From positions 18,476,001 to 18,540,000 of the forward strand of contig OZ024759.1 in the NCBI GenBank assembly GCA_964016885.1: a stretch of DNA of 64,000 bases, read 5' to 3'. The position numbers were made by a program, and so were the translations under genes. The stretch is from Eledone cirrhosa. Lineage: Eukaryota. The notes below the pieces were generated by a model, which worked only from the letters and a program-made list of their open reading frames with translations, had not been told where the DNA came from and made no database searches. Shown piece after piece: positions 12,835 to 26,717 of this stretch. Within the stretch, counting starts at the first letter, position 1, and the number at the start of each line of letters is the position of its first letter.

Positions 12835-14292
12835 TGTGTGTATAATTATAGATGTGTGTATATGTGTGTCTATATGAATGTGTGTGTGTGTATGCGTGTG
12901 TGTGTGTGTATAATTATAGGTGTGTGTATATGTGTGTGAGTGTGTGTATAATTATAGGTGTGTGTATATGTATGGGTGTGTATAGGTGTGTGAGTGTGTG
13001 TATAATTATAGGTGTGTGTATATGTATGGGTGTGTGTATATGTATGGGTGTGTATAGGTGTGTGAGTGTGTGTATATGTGTACGTGTGTGTATATGTATG
13101 GGTAAGTATAGGTGTGTGAGTGTGTGTATATGTGTACGTGTGTATGTGTGTGTAAATGTGTATGTCGTGTCAGTGTATATGTATGAGTGTGTGAGTGTGT
13201 ATGTGTGTGTGAGTGTGTGTATATGTATGGGTATGTATAGGTGTGTGAGTGTGTGTATATGTGTACGTGTGTGTATATGTATGGGTATGTATAGGTGTGT
13301 GAGTGTGTGTATATGTGTACGTGTGTGTAAATGTGTATGTATGTGTGTGTGTGTAAATGTGTATGTGTGTGTGTAAATGTGTATGCGGTGTCAGTGTACA
13401 TATATGTATGGGTGTGTGAGTGTGTGTATATGTATGGGTGTGTGAGTGTGTGTATATGTGAGCGTGTGTGTAAATGTGTATGTGTGAGTGTATGTGTGTG
13501 TGTAAATGTGTATGTGGTGGCAGTGTACGTATATGTATAGATGTGTGAGTGTGTGTATATGTGTGCGTGTGTGTAAATGTGTATGTGTGAGTGTATCTGT
13601 GTGTAAATGTGTATGTGGTGGCAGTGTACGTATAGTGGTGGCAGTGTACGTATATGTATAGGTGTGTGAGTGTGTGTATATGTGTGCGTGTGTGTAAATG
13701 TGTATGTGTGAGTGTATCTGTGTGTAAATGTGTATGTGGTGGCAGTGTACGTATATGTATAGGTGTGTGAGTGTGTGTATATGTGTGCGTGTGTGTAAAT
13801 GTGTATGTGTGAGTGTATGTGTGTGTGTAAATGTGTATGTGGTGGCAGTGTACGTATATGTATGGGTGTGTGAGTGTGTGTATATGTGTGCGTGTGTGTA
13901 AATGTGTATGTGTGAGTGTATGTGTGTGTGTAAATGTGTATGTGGTGGCAGTGTACATATATGTATGGGTGTGTGAGTGTGTGTATATGTATGGGTGTGT
14001 ATAGGTGTGTGAGTGTGTGTATATGTGTGCGTGTGTGTATATGTGTGCGTGTGTGTAAATGTGTATGTGTGAGTGTGTGTATGTGTGTAAATGTGTATGT
14101 GGTGGCAGTGTACGTATATGTATGGGTGTGTGAGTGTGTGTATATGTGAGTGTGTGTGTAAATGTGTATGTGTGAGTGTGTGTATGTGTGTGTGTGTGTG
14201 TAAATGTGTATGTGTGAGTGTATGTGTGTGTGTAAATGTATATGTGGTGGCAGTGTACGTATATGTATGGGTGTGTGAGTGTGTGTGTATGT
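12625..14292. repeat. (GT)-rich compound repeat with about 103-bp higher-order unit in its distal part
   Basis: GGTGGCAGTGTAC recurs at about 13738, 13841, 13944 and nearby. Confidence 0.9.
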
Positions 14293-14775
14293 AATATTTA
14301 GGGCTAGTTATAGTGTAAACACAGTTTAATATTCAGTATAGTAGGAGGATTAATTCTATTCGATCTGATTCTATTGGCAATAGTTTATGTCATCCATTAG
14401 TCATGTTGATAATTCGAGAATATTGTAATGGATAATATAATTATAATACATGATGTAATAGATATACACACAGATATATATATACACATATGTGTGTGTG
14501 TATATATATATATATATTTATATAGATATATACACATAAATATATATATATATACATATATATACACATAAATATATATATACATACACATAAATATATA
14601 TATATACATACACATACATATATATATATACATACATAAATACATACATATATATATATATACACATAAATATATATATATACATACATAAATAAATACA
14701 TATATATATATATATATATACACATAAATATATATATATATATATATACATAAATATATATATATATATATATAT

Positions 14776-14974
14776 ATAACAAAGGAATTGTGGTAAGGAA
14801 CCAGATGGACCATAACGCACCAAAGTACTCAATACTTAGGGTAGTAGAGTGGGAAATAGGAAAAAGTATGACCCTGACAGCAGAGCTCAAGCCGTTTCGA
14901 CGGCTATTTCTGGACTCCAGAAATAGCCGTCGAAACAGCTTGAGTTCTGCCGTCAGGGTCATATTTTTTCCTAT
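14776..14974. mobile_element. palindromic element with the 3' half of a hammerhead in each arm
   Basis: Near-perfect palindrome 14856-14974 centred at 14915; arms read GAAA-C(G/A)GC-ttgag(c/t)tct-GC(T/C)G-TC-AGGG; left flank also occurs at 33709-33800; (TA)n on both sides. Confidence 0.65.
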
Positions 14975-15099
14975 ATATATATATATATATAGATACATAA
15001 ATAAATACATACATATATATATATATTATTCAAAATATTAACAAATGAAAAATATTCTCATAATCAAAATATATATTTTTTTGGCTTAGGCATTACAAT

Positions 15100-15350
15100 A
15101 CAATAGGAGGAAACATAATAGTACCACTGATGATGCCGCAGATGTGAGACGAAAGAACTTTGATAGACTATATATATATTTATATCTGTATTTTTAACCG
15201 ATGGTCAATCAATGATAAACATTGCCAAATAAATTAACTATGGAGATATAAAAACCACAGAAGCGAAAATCAACCCAAACCAATCAGTGATTGTGCTCTG
15301 TTATTATTTCTGGCAATATTATAACAATATGACCCTCCCCAAGTATAATA
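15100..15350. repeat. dispersed repeat, inverted homolog at about 24335-24550; degenerate hammerhead-like motif
   Basis: Shares TTTCTGGCAATATTATAACAATATGACCCTCC with the 24.4 kb copy; CTGATGA-T-GCC...GAC-GAAA at about 15127-15154. Confidence 0.6.
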
Positions 15351-15371
15351 ATATATATATATATATATATA

Positions 15372-16140
15372 TACTAGTAGAATGGCCCGGCATTGCTCAG
15401 GCTTCTAAACATAGAGTGGCATGTTTATCCCTCCTTTCTGAAACAGTACAGAGAAGTACGGAATACCTTGGCCTGGGGATGGTGTTTACATTTTGTGCTT
15501 ATAAAAAAAATTTGTCGTAGATTACCAGGGGTTTAACTTAATTGGTGCCTGAGAGTAAAATGTTCAACACACGAAAGCCAAGATGATAAGGTTAAGTAAA
15601 AAGGCATTCGACAAACCGAACATGTATTTGTTGTGCCATGGTACAATGAAAGCAATAATTACAGAGCAGTAAGCATGTGGGACTGAAGTGGTGGAGAGCT
15701 TTAAGGAATTTAGTTGGATACTTTTAAGGTTACAAAAAATCTACCCAATTTGATATGGAGCGAACTGTTATATCGGATGCCGAGCGCTTCGGAGTTGCTA
15801 TTGGGGTCACCATCAACAATTTCAAGGTGATGTACGTTTAAGTAGGGATAATATAGTTTATAAAGAAAGGTAACTCTTTCAAAATACTAAAGAGTTGTCT
15901 CTCTTCAACATTCTAGGCAAAATTGCCGAACTAACTGACAAAAAGGGCTTAAAGTTTTAGTGAAAAAAACGCCTTTAACACAGAACATTGAAAAATAAAA
16001 GATGCAGTTAATATCTTTAGGCTGCAAAGAATATATAAATGCAAGTTTGAAGTCAATCGGAGTAGAAATGTGGATTTGTAGAGACTTTGCCAAAATTAGG
16101 ACACACACACACACACACAGACAACTTCAGTTTTATATAT
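15372..16140 (-). mobile_element. non-autonomous Helitron-like element (Lep1-like organisation)
   Basis: One end ACTAGTAGAATGGCCCGGCATTGCTCAGG (CTAG terminus plus subterminal GC hairpin on the minus strand); other end (CA)n-CAGACAACTTCAGTTTTATATAT. Confidence 0.5.
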
Positions 16141-16154
16141 ATGTATATATATAT

Positions 16155-16430
16155 ATCATCATCATCACCGTTTTACATCCGTTCTTCCACGCTAGCAGGG
16201 GTTAGACGGGTTGTCCTGTTGTAGGCAGTGCCCGGTCGGCTGACCATGTCTTGCTCATACGGGAACTGATTCTGGCTTGATTTCTACAGTTGGATGCCCT
16301 TCCTAACACCAACCTCATTTACAGTGAGTGCTGGGTGCTTTTTTTCCGTGGTGCCTACACGTCCACTTTACAGTGTGGGCTGGGTGCTTTATTGCCGTGG
16401 CACCTCCACGACCACTTTGCAGTGGGAGGG
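16155..16430 (-). mobile_element. Meta-type SINE, 3' part
   Basis: TTTCTACAGTTGGATGCCCTTCCTAACACC plus a (CAT)n tail. Confidence 0.75.
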
Positions 16431-16723
16431 TGTGGGGGCATATTGTAGGTAGGTAGTAGTAGTAATGGCAGAGTTTGTTGGGGTTGGTAATGGGTGGGGG
16501 GACATTCTAAGGTTTGATTGGTCGAATAGGCTATGGTGGTGTGAGGGGGTGGGCAGGAGAGAAATTATGAGATAGGTAGCCATCATGGCCTATAGCATCT
16601 CAGGGCAAAATAAACCGATACAAGTACCTATATTAGACAAGGCGAAATGTTAATGTTAGGATTTCGAAGGATGACTTCGTAGAGACAGCGAAATGATTAA
16701 TACAACAACACTAATAATAATGT

Positions 16724-16774
<51 letters not shown>

Positions 16775-16781
<7 letters not shown>

Positions 16782-16921
16782 TTAGTTATGCAAAACAAGA
16801 CCACAAATTTCAGAAGGATGACATTATTAAAAGATTGTCAACATATTTTAGTTTGATGTAAGGAATGTAGAGAATAATAATAATAATATTAATAATAATA
16901 ATAAACGGACATTAGAACGGA

Positions 16922-16958
<37 letters not shown>

Positions 16959-17071
16959 ATTATTATTATTATTCTCTACATTTCTTACATCAAACTAAAA
17001 TATGTTGACAATCTTTTAATAATGTCTTCCTTGTGAAATTTATGGTTTTGTTTTGCTTAACTAATGAATAT
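16775..17071. repeat. about 300-bp imperfect palindrome
   Basis: ATTCATTAGTT...AGAGAATAAT and ATTATTCTCT...AACTAATGAAT arms; spacer ACGGACATTAGAACGGAC. Confidence 0.85.
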
Positions 17072-17246
17072 TCCCAGCTCTGCACACCTAACTTCTGCAT
17101 GAACCCAGCCACCTAGCTGCTTTCTACTGCATATTGCACATTGAGCACATGCCTTTACGCTTTGGCTTCTAACTAACTCACCAATCTCTCCTCTCATATC
17201 TCCTCTACTATCTCCATCTCTCTCTTTAAGATTGGTTACTCTTGAA

Positions 17247-17329
<83 letters not shown>

Positions 17330-17351
17330 CAGAGAGAGAGACAGAGACAGA

Positions 17352-17633
17352 GACATGGCCTAATGGTTAGGATATTTGCTGTACAATCATAATATTGTTG
17401 GTTCAATTCCTGACCAGGTTGCTGTGTTGTGTTCTTGAGCAAAAACACACTTTATTTCACATTCCTCCAGTACACTCAGTTGAGAGTGAGTACCAGCGGT
17501 AGCTGGGAAGTTACTCTTGGGATAGACCAGTGTCCTATCCAGGGAGAGCCTTGCATTCTCAGTCGCTTAACACCAAGGGAACCATGGATAAGCACCGGCC
17601 TGATGAGCTGTTGGCTTAGAACAGACTTTAACT
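17352..17633 (+). mobile_element. tRNA-SINE with V-domain-like body
   Basis: A-box TGGCCTAATGG, B-box GGTTCAATTCC, body AGACCAGTGTCCTATCCAGGG, tail CAGACTTTAACTT. Confidence 0.65.
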
Positions 17634-17809
17634 TGATATATATATATATATATATAGTCTGGAACTAGTTGTTGTAACAGCAAGAACTCAGCTGTCGGGC
17701 CACAACTCTTTATAATACACTACCTCGAGTATCTAGTACTCTGGTGAGTAATAGTCTAACTAGTTTAAAATATGTATGTATGTGTGTATGTGTATGTATA
17801 TATAGTATT

Positions 17810-17990
17810 AGCAGTATCAGTAGAGGGCTGGACGCCATGTTTTCTAGCATAGTTACGTCCCTTTACAGTCTGAGTTCAAATCCCGCCGAGGTTAACTTTG
17901 CCTTTCATCCTTACGGGGTCGATAAAAATAAAGTACCAGTAATGTACTGGGTAATTGCTGGCCTTGTGCCTAAAGTAGAAACAATTATTA
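17810..17990 (+). mobile_element. Nin/Deu-domain SINE
   Basis: Near-identical to the other copies in the window. Confidence 0.85.
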
Positions 17991-18379
17991 AGGTCGAATC
18001 AGTGGTGTTTTGCCCTGGAGTTTCTCTTGTAAGTTTACCCTGTCTTTTGTTCAGGGAGATATCAGAGTTCCTATTCAATTAGAAGCTGTGCCTGCTTCAA
18101 TGTTCAACATACTTAGAATAATAGGGTGGATGAAAACATCTTGCCTTTAAACTTAACCTAAATGCAAATATCTCTAACTTACAAGAATCTGTATCGGAAT
18201 GATGCAGGTGACTGTGAAATAAGATATAGACATAGAGAGAGTTGGATAAAGGTAAAGAGAGAAGTGGAGTAACAGATACAGAGTGTGAAGTATAGATAAA
18301 GAGAGAGGAAGAAAGAGAGAGGGATCATAAAACTGTCCTTTCATTCATAGGGCGAAACCCTAAACTTTTTCCAACCCGT

Positions 18380-18580
18380 CCTTATTCTAGACACTATGAC
18401 CTCGGAGCACCCTCCTCCCTTGCTAATCTAATCACCTAGGTATTGGAAGCTATCAACCACTTCTATAGATCCTACCTGCATTTGAAAAATGTGTCTATCA
18501 CTGCCACTTCTACTATCAAATTTCCCTGAACATCTATTGCATATGTAGTTTTCCATACCTGTTAGTTTTCCTTCTACGCC

Positions 18581-18582
<2 letters not shown>
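18380..18582 (-). mobile_element. RTE-type reverse transcriptase fragment
   Basis: ORF 18428-18784 ends CNRCSG...IEVVDSFQYLGD, the late RT FxYLG motif. Confidence 0.7.
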
Positions 18583-18617
<35 letters not shown>

Positions 18618-18989
18618 ACACAGACACACACATACATACATACATACATACATACATACATGGTGGCTGCCAAATCGTTTTCGAGTACGGCCACTACTTT
18701 ATATCCATGTAGGAGACCCCCTACCGATGCGCTAAACAAGTGTGACTTTTTAGTCCAGCCAGCGACTTGAAAACTCTGGTACAAACACTACACGTGTGAC
18801 AATTATTGACACATAGTGCTGGGCCCATGGCACAATGTGACGACAAGTGCAGAGAGATTTCCAGATATAAAGCAATGCCGGTGCCGTGAAGCTTTTATAG
18901 TGAGCAAAAGCACTGCACAAAGCCAGTCCCACTCCCTTAACCAAGATGATATTTACCAAAAAGAAGAACAAGTCAACATCATTGGATAC

Positions 18990-19270
18990 CATCAGGGTTG
19001 CAGGTTTATATCAGAGTTTTCCTTCTCCTAGAATTCTGCCTTGACAAAGGCTAAGGGGTCATCTCTCCCGGTGATTTTGGATGGCCATTGACTCTTAAGA
19101 GCTCCTTTGCCCTTTGACAGGTTTTGTTTTTAGTCCTGCAGGGTGTCCAAAGTCACCCTCCTCACCAAGAAACCTTGGTGGGGTTGCCAGTTTAGTCGCC
19201 AACGACCCGACCATGAGACAGGTTGTACTGGGATACATGTTACCAGTAGCACCAACTGGTGACCTGACAT
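18990..19270 (-). mobile_element. RTE-like 5' UTR fragment; homolog at 35103-35219
   Basis: Minus strand has CTAGGAGAAGGAAAACTCTGA; CTTGGTGGGGTTGCCAGTTTAGTCGCC...GTGACCTGACATA is shared with the 35.1 kb copy. Confidence 0.5.
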
Positions 19271-19321
19271 ACATACATACATACATACATACATACATAC
19301 ATACATACATACATACATACA

Positions 19322-19357
<36 letters not shown>

Positions 19358-19366
19358 TATAGAGAG

Positions 19367-19625
19367 AGGCACATGGCTTAGTGGTTAGAGCATTGGCCTT
19401 GCAATCGAAAGGTTGTGAGTTCAATTCTCAGACCGGGTGATGTATTGTTTCCTTGAGCAAGACACTTTATTTCACATTGCTCCAGTTTACTCCACTGCAA
19501 AAAAGCACCCAGCACTCACTGTAAATGAGGTTGGTGTTAGGAAGGGCATCCAGCTGTAGAAATCAAGCCAGAATCAGTTGCCGTCCCACCCTTGCAAGCA
19601 GGGAAAAGCGGATGTATGATGATAA
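19367..19625 (+). mobile_element. Meta-type SINE with internal deletion
   Basis: Head GGCACATGGCTTAGTGGTTAGAGC, B-box GAGTTCAATTC and the RTE-like tail. Confidence 0.85.
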
Positions 19626-19960
19626 ATACAAACATATATATTTTACACACAGAATACATAGAAGCTATAAAAAGATTCAACAACAGAAATGTTTAGTTGC
19701 TATACAGCTGTCTATGTTTTTCATATATTTTGAAATTATGCATCTTTTGTTTCCACCCCCCCCCCCTCTCTCTATCCATCTCTGCCTTTCTCTGGGTTTC
19801 ACTGTCTCTCTGTACCCCTAGCTCTTGTTTTGTCCCCTCCCCCAACACTCTCAGTCTGTGAAGCCTCACTAAATTTATAGGAACGTTCAAATTGTTTAAG
19901 TAAATAAATAAATAAATACATATATGTAGACACACAGACACTCACACACACAAACAGTCA

Positions 19961-20002
<42 letters not shown>

Positions 20003-20149
20003 TACATATATATATAAGAACAAAGGGGGCAGTGTTACATCAAGATATTTGCTCATATACATATATAGATAGATAGATAGATAATAAGCTACTAATAAAA
20101 ATATTGTTTTACATCTGTGTTTGTCTTGTCAGTTCTTGAACTATATACA

Positions 20150-20240
<91 letters not shown>

Positions 20241-20469
20241 GGGTTATTATATAAAGGACAACCTATGTTATCTCAAGTTTCCCTGAATAATTATTAAAAG
20301 GAACACTGACAAAAATGACAGCAGCATCAATCAAAAGACTATAATGAAAGGTTTCTTCTCTATTTATATACACACATTACACATTTTATATACTCCTAGC
20401 CAGTCGCTCCTCATTACCATCACCTCTCCACCATCCTAATCATTGTCGCCTTCCTCCCTAGCATCAACA

Positions 20470-23045
20470 ATAACCACCACCACCACAACCATCACAACCA
20501 CCACCACCACCACCACCACCACAACCACCACAACCACCACAACCACCACCACCAAAAACATTAACACCCACCACCGCCACCATAACCATAACATTAACAA
20601 CAACCACAACCACCAATAATAACAACCACAACCACAACCACCACAACCACCACCACCACCACACCCACCACAACCACCACCACAACCACAACCACCAGAA
20701 CCACCAGAACCACCACAACCACCACCACCACCAGAACCACCACCACAACCACCACAACCACCACCACCACCACAACCACCACAACCACAACCACCACCAC
20801 CACAACCACCACCACCACAACCACCACAACCACCACCACCACAACCACCACCACCACAACAACCACCACAACCACGACCAAAAACATTAACACCCACCAC
20901 CGCCATCATAACCACAACATTAACAACAACCACAACCACCAATAATAACAACCACCGCCGCCACCAACAACAATGACCACCAACACTACCACCGCAACCA
21001 CCACTAACTACATTAATAACCACCACTACCACTACCACCGCAACCAACAACACTAACGACCACCGCCACCACCAACACCACCGCCACAACCACCACCACT
21101 AACAACAACCGCTACTACTAACACTACCACCACCGCCACAACCACCACCACTAACAACCACCGCTACTACTAACACTACCACCACCGCCACAACCACCAC
21201 CACTAACAACCACCGCTACTACTAACACTACCACCACAACCACAACCACCACCACTAACAACCACCGCTACTACTAACACTACCACCGCAACCACAACCA
21301 ACAACATTAACAACCACCACTACTACTAACACTACCACCGCAACCTCAACCAACAACATTAACAACCACCACTACTACTAACACTACCACCACAACCACA
21401 ACAAACAACATTAACAACCACCGCTACTACTAACACCACAACCACAACCAACAACATTAACAACCACCACTACTGCTAACACTACCACCGCAACCACAAC
21501 CAACAACATTAACAACCACCACTACTACTAACACTACCACCGCAACCACAACCAACAACACTAACAACCACCACTACTACTAACACTACTACCGCAACCA
21601 CAACCAACAACATTAACAACCACCACTACTACTAACACTACCACCACAACCACAACCAACAACATTAACAACCACCGCTACTACTAACACTACCACCACA
21701 ACCGCAACCAACAACATTAACAACCACCACTACTACTAACACTACCACCGCAACCACAACCAACAACATTAACAACCACCACTACTACTAACACTACCAC
21801 CGCAACCACAACCAACAACATTAACAACCACCACTACTACTAACACTACCACCGCAACCACAACCAACAACATTAACAACCACCACTACTACTAACACTA
21901 CCACCACAACCACAACAAACAACATTAACAACCACCACTACTACTAACACTACCACCGCAACCACAACCAACAACATTAACAACCACCACTACTACTAAC
22001 ACTACCACCACAACCACAACAAACAACATTAACAACCACTACTACTACTAACACTACCACCGCAACCACAACCAACAGCATTAACAACCACCGCTACTAC
22101 TAACACTACCACCACAACCACAACCAACAACATTAACAACCACCACTACTACTAACACTACCACCGCAACCACAACCAACAACATTAACAACCACCACTA
22201 CTACTAACACTACCACCACAACCACAACAAACAACATTAACAACCACTACTACTACTAACACTACCACCGCAACCACAACCAACAGCATTAACAACCACC
22301 GCTACTACTAACACTACCACCGCAACCACAACCAACAACATTAACAACCACCACTACTACTAACACTACCACCGCAACCACAACCAACAACATTAACAAC
22401 CACCGCTACTACTAACACTACCACCGCAACCACAACCTACAACATTAACAACCACCACTACTACTAACACTACCACCACAACCACAACCAACAACATTAA
22501 CAACCACCACTACTACTACTAACACTACCACCACAACCACAACATTAACAACCACCACCACTACTACTACTAACACTACCACCGCAACCACAACCTACAA
22601 CATTAACAACCACCGCTACTACTAACACTACCACCGCAACCACAACCAACAACATTAACAACCACCACTACTACTAACACTACCACGGCAACCACAACCA
22701 ACAACATTAACAACCACCACCACTACTACTAACACCGCAACCACAACCAACATTAACAACCACCGCCACCACCACCACCACCACCATTAACAACCACCAC
22801 TACCTTCGTCACCACCACCTCCCCCACCAATAATAGCCAACCACCACCATCATCACTACCGCCACCAACACTACCACCACCATCATCACTACCGCCACCA
22901 ACACTAACACCACCATCATCACTACCGCCACCAACACTACCACCACCATCATCACTACCACCACCAACACTACCACCACCATCACCACTACCACCACCAA
23001 CACTACCACCACCATCACCACTACCACCACCAACACTACCACCAT
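20470..23045. repeat. (ACC/AAC)-rich repeat containing about 30 copies of a 52-bp unit (about 21090-22740)
   Basis: Unit ACCACAACCAACAACATTAACAACCACCACTACTACTAACACTACCACCGCA. Confidence 0.93.
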
Positions 23046-23289
23046 TTTCATATTTACTGGGAAGTTAATCAAAACATTTTTATCTTTAACCTGGGACATC
23101 TTAAATAAATGTTTTTGTCATATATATCGATTTCTAGGAAAAGCAATTCTTTTACGAAATTATTACACTATTATAAATATATATGTGTCAAGACTGTTGA
23201 TACAGTTTATGTTGTGGTTGACATATTTATATCAAATCTGACATATCTACATCTTAACTGACACATTTAAATTATTATAAGATGGCTGC

Positions 23290-24207
23290 AGGTCGATGGA
23301 TTGACAGTATCGGTAGAGGATCGACCGACATCCTTTGTGGCATCTAGTTTCGGCCATTTGCATTCTCAGTTCAAATCCTGTCGAGGTTAGCTTTGTTTTT
23401 CATGCCTGCGGTGTTCGATAAGATATTATACCAGTAACACACTAGAGTCAATTAATCGACTTTCTCGTCCCGAAGAAAATGTTGGCCTTGTGACTAAATC
23501 AAATACCATTGGATTAGCAGTATCGGTCATCATCATCAGCATCCGGCGGCCTCAGCCGAAATGGACGCATCAATTGATCTCCTCGCGGGTCTGTCGTTCA
23601 TTGCCGTTGCCAAATCCTGGATTTTAATACCAGAATATCTGGAGATGACATCAGGATAGGAGATCTTGCCCACCCCTCCCTGTTATTAGTGACTGCTTGT
23701 GGTTTCCAAAGCACTAATGGGGACACGGCCTCAGAGGTGGCACGATGGCAGGGGCCAGCAAATTTTACTCTCATTTTACGTACAGCGATAGATATGCGCA
23801 GTATCGGTAGAGCGTCAGACACCAAGCTTTGCAGCATTGAATTATGGCCCTTTACCTTCCGAGTTCAAATCCCACCGAAGTTGGCTTTGCCTTTCATCCT
23901 AACGGGGTCGATAAAATAAAGTACCAGTAATGCACTGAGGGATAATGCCCTGACCTTGTGCCAAAAGTAGAAACAATTATTAAGGGAGGTGTATGAGTAG
24001 CGTATCGGTAGAGCGTCAAACAACTTGCTTTGTGGCCTCTCGTTACAGCCATTTACGTTCTCAGTTTAAACACCGCCGAGGTTAGCTTTGCCTATCATCC
24101 TTAAGAGATCGATAAAATAAAGTACCTGTAATGCACTGGGGTCAAATTAATCGACTTTCCCCTTCCATTCAAATTACTGGCCATCTGCCAAAAGTAGAAA
24201 CAATTAG
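23290..24207 (+). mobile_element. array of 3 Nin/Deu-domain SINE units
   Basis: GTATCGGTAGAG heads and TCATCCT/GATAAAATAAAGTACC cores repeated. Confidence 0.8.
23528..23797 (-). mobile_element. RTE-like LINE 3' fragment inserted into a SINE head
   Basis: RVKFAGPCHR...LVLWKP motif; (GAT)n tail; 11-bp TSD GCAGTATCGGT at 23517-23527 and 23798-23808. Confidence 0.8.
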
Positions 24208-24592
24208 TCGAGAGCAAAATGAGGAATAAAATGGAGTAGATTGCCAGGTCGTACCAAGAAAACCATGTCTCCATTGGTCTATCTATCTATTACTGTAGGG
24301 CTGTTCTGCAGAAAACATGTTTAGGGATTTATTTATATTGTTATATTTGAGGAGGGTCATATTGTTATAATATTGCCAGAAATATATAATAAAACATACT
24401 CGCTGTTTGGTTTGGGTTGGTGTTCACTTAAGTATATTTTATATCCCTATAGTTAATTTAGCTGGCAACCAATATTCATCATTGATTGACCAACAGTTAA
24501 AAAAAATATATATATAAATATATATATAGTCTCTCGGAGTTCTTTTGCCAATTTATTTATAAGTCAGAGGAAATTATTTCATATTTAAATTA

Positions 24593-24624
<32 letters not shown>

Positions 24625-25836
24625 AATTTTAGTACAGCATAGACGAAGCTCTAGTATACGACCAAGCTAGCGTGTATGCTTATTCGGTTTGTAGCTTTAG
24701 CACTCAGATGAGGTAAGACCCCAGAGTATAACATTATGTCCAGACAGCTTAGCAAATTAGATATAGCAGTCGGCAGTCCGACCGCATTACCAGAGCAACG
24801 AAAATACAGGACCCAGGAAAAGATATATATATATACAGAGAAATATTCATTCTCGGATTCGAATATAAGTATTAAATAAAATTGCTCGATACCCCCAGGA
24901 TTTGAACAGAAAACTGAGAGAGACGAAACTAAATAAAAAAATGTTTGACAAGAGTTCGATTGACAAGATCCCAGACCTCATTCGCATATCGATTCGGGTG
25001 GAACTTATCAAATCAAACCACGGAAACAATGTTTCCATTGGTCTTTCCAATTGCTGATACTACCTCCTAGCAGAAAGAACAACGTGAAGAGCAAGGCCAT
25101 AACACATCACACAATCCGGAAATCAAACTTGCAACCTCACGATTGCGAATCCAATTCTCTAACTACAAACCAGGTGCTTTCACTAATGAATTAAATACAT
25201 GGCAGACTTATGCTCCAAAGCATTCTTTGCGTGACTAAGCCTCTTACATTTTTTTCGTCAAGAACACAACGCACGAAGGATCACATTATTCAATGTGTCA
25301 TTTCCAAGTAATGCAAGATGTAAAATATATAAATTTGGTTGCTTTCTCTCACAAGGTCAAACAACCATAACAACTAGGCATCCCTCATTGACTGAGAAAG
25401 TAATTTATTTCGAGACTAGAATTTCTGTCATGTCGTATCAGTAAAGTGATATTTCCTCTGAGATTTATTTTATATTTAAGCTAGAACACTTGTCTCTTTC
25501 TGAAGAAGAAAAAATATAAATACATAAATAAAATAATGATAACAATAATAATAATGATAAAAATAGAATTAAAATAAAATAAATAAATAATAATGATAAC
25601 AACAACAACAACACTAACAAAAAAACGATACAGGAAGAAAAAATAAACAGATTTAAAACATGAAGAAAAAGTGCAACAGATATTTTTAAACAAAGTATCT
25701 TTGTTCGGGGCCAGAGGTGATTAAAATAAATATATAATTAAGAAGTAAAAAAAACAGCTGTCGATGCCTGAAGCTTCGTTTTGACACTGTGATGGCAGAT
25801 TACGTTGAAATCAATATTTGGAAACTAAACGACAAT

Positions 25837-26036
25837 NNNNNNNNNNNNNNNNNNNNNNNNNNNNNNNNNNNNNNNNNNNNNNNNNNNNNNNNNNNNNNNN
25901 NNNNNNNNNNNNNNNNNNNNNNNNNNNNNNNNNNNNNNNNNNNNNNNNNNNNNNNNNNNNNNNNNNNNNNNNNNNNNNNNNNNNNNNNNNNNNNNNNNNN
26001 NNNNNNNNNNNNNNNNNNNNNNNNNNNNNNNNNNNN
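25837..26036. other. assembly gap (200 N)
   Basis: Run of N. Confidence 0.99.
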
Positions 26037-26055
26037 ATATATGCATGTATATATA

Positions 26056-26142
<87 letters not shown>

Positions 26143-26186
26143 CATACATATTTATACACTTATATATATATATGCATGTATATATA

Positions 26187-26239
<53 letters not shown>

Positions 26240-26283
26240 CATACATATTTATACACTTATATATATATATGCATGTATATATA

Positions 26284-26342
<59 letters not shown>

Positions 26343-26384
26343 CATACATATTTATACACTTATATATATATATGCATGTATATA

Positions 26385-26467
<83 letters not shown>

Positions 26468-26516
26468 CATACATATTTATACACTTATATATATATATAT
26501 GCATGTATATATATAT

Positions 26517-26565
<49 letters not shown>

Positions 26566-26609
26566 CATACATATTTATACACTTATATATATATATGCAT
26601 GTATATATA

Positions 26610-26694
<85 letters not shown>

Positions 26695-26715
26695 CATACA
26701 TATGTATATACTTAT
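26037..26715. repeat. minisatellite of about 6 units with variable (TA)n
   Basis: TTTACATACATATTTATACACTTATATATATATATGCATG repeated between TA runs. Confidence 0.9.
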
Positions 26716-26717
26716 AT

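Noticed and set aside
19367-19440. tRNA gene
   Set aside because: The A/B boxes belong to a SINE head that continues into SINE body and tail; no acceptor stem
20436-21089. Gly/Cys-rich keratin-associated-like ORF
   Set aside because: Reverse reading of an (ACC/ACA)n repeat, with no splice or codon support
24640-24815. Possible long-stem-II hammerhead (GCTCTAGTA/TACCAGAGC)
   Set aside because: The core reads TAGACGA and stems I and III cannot be formed
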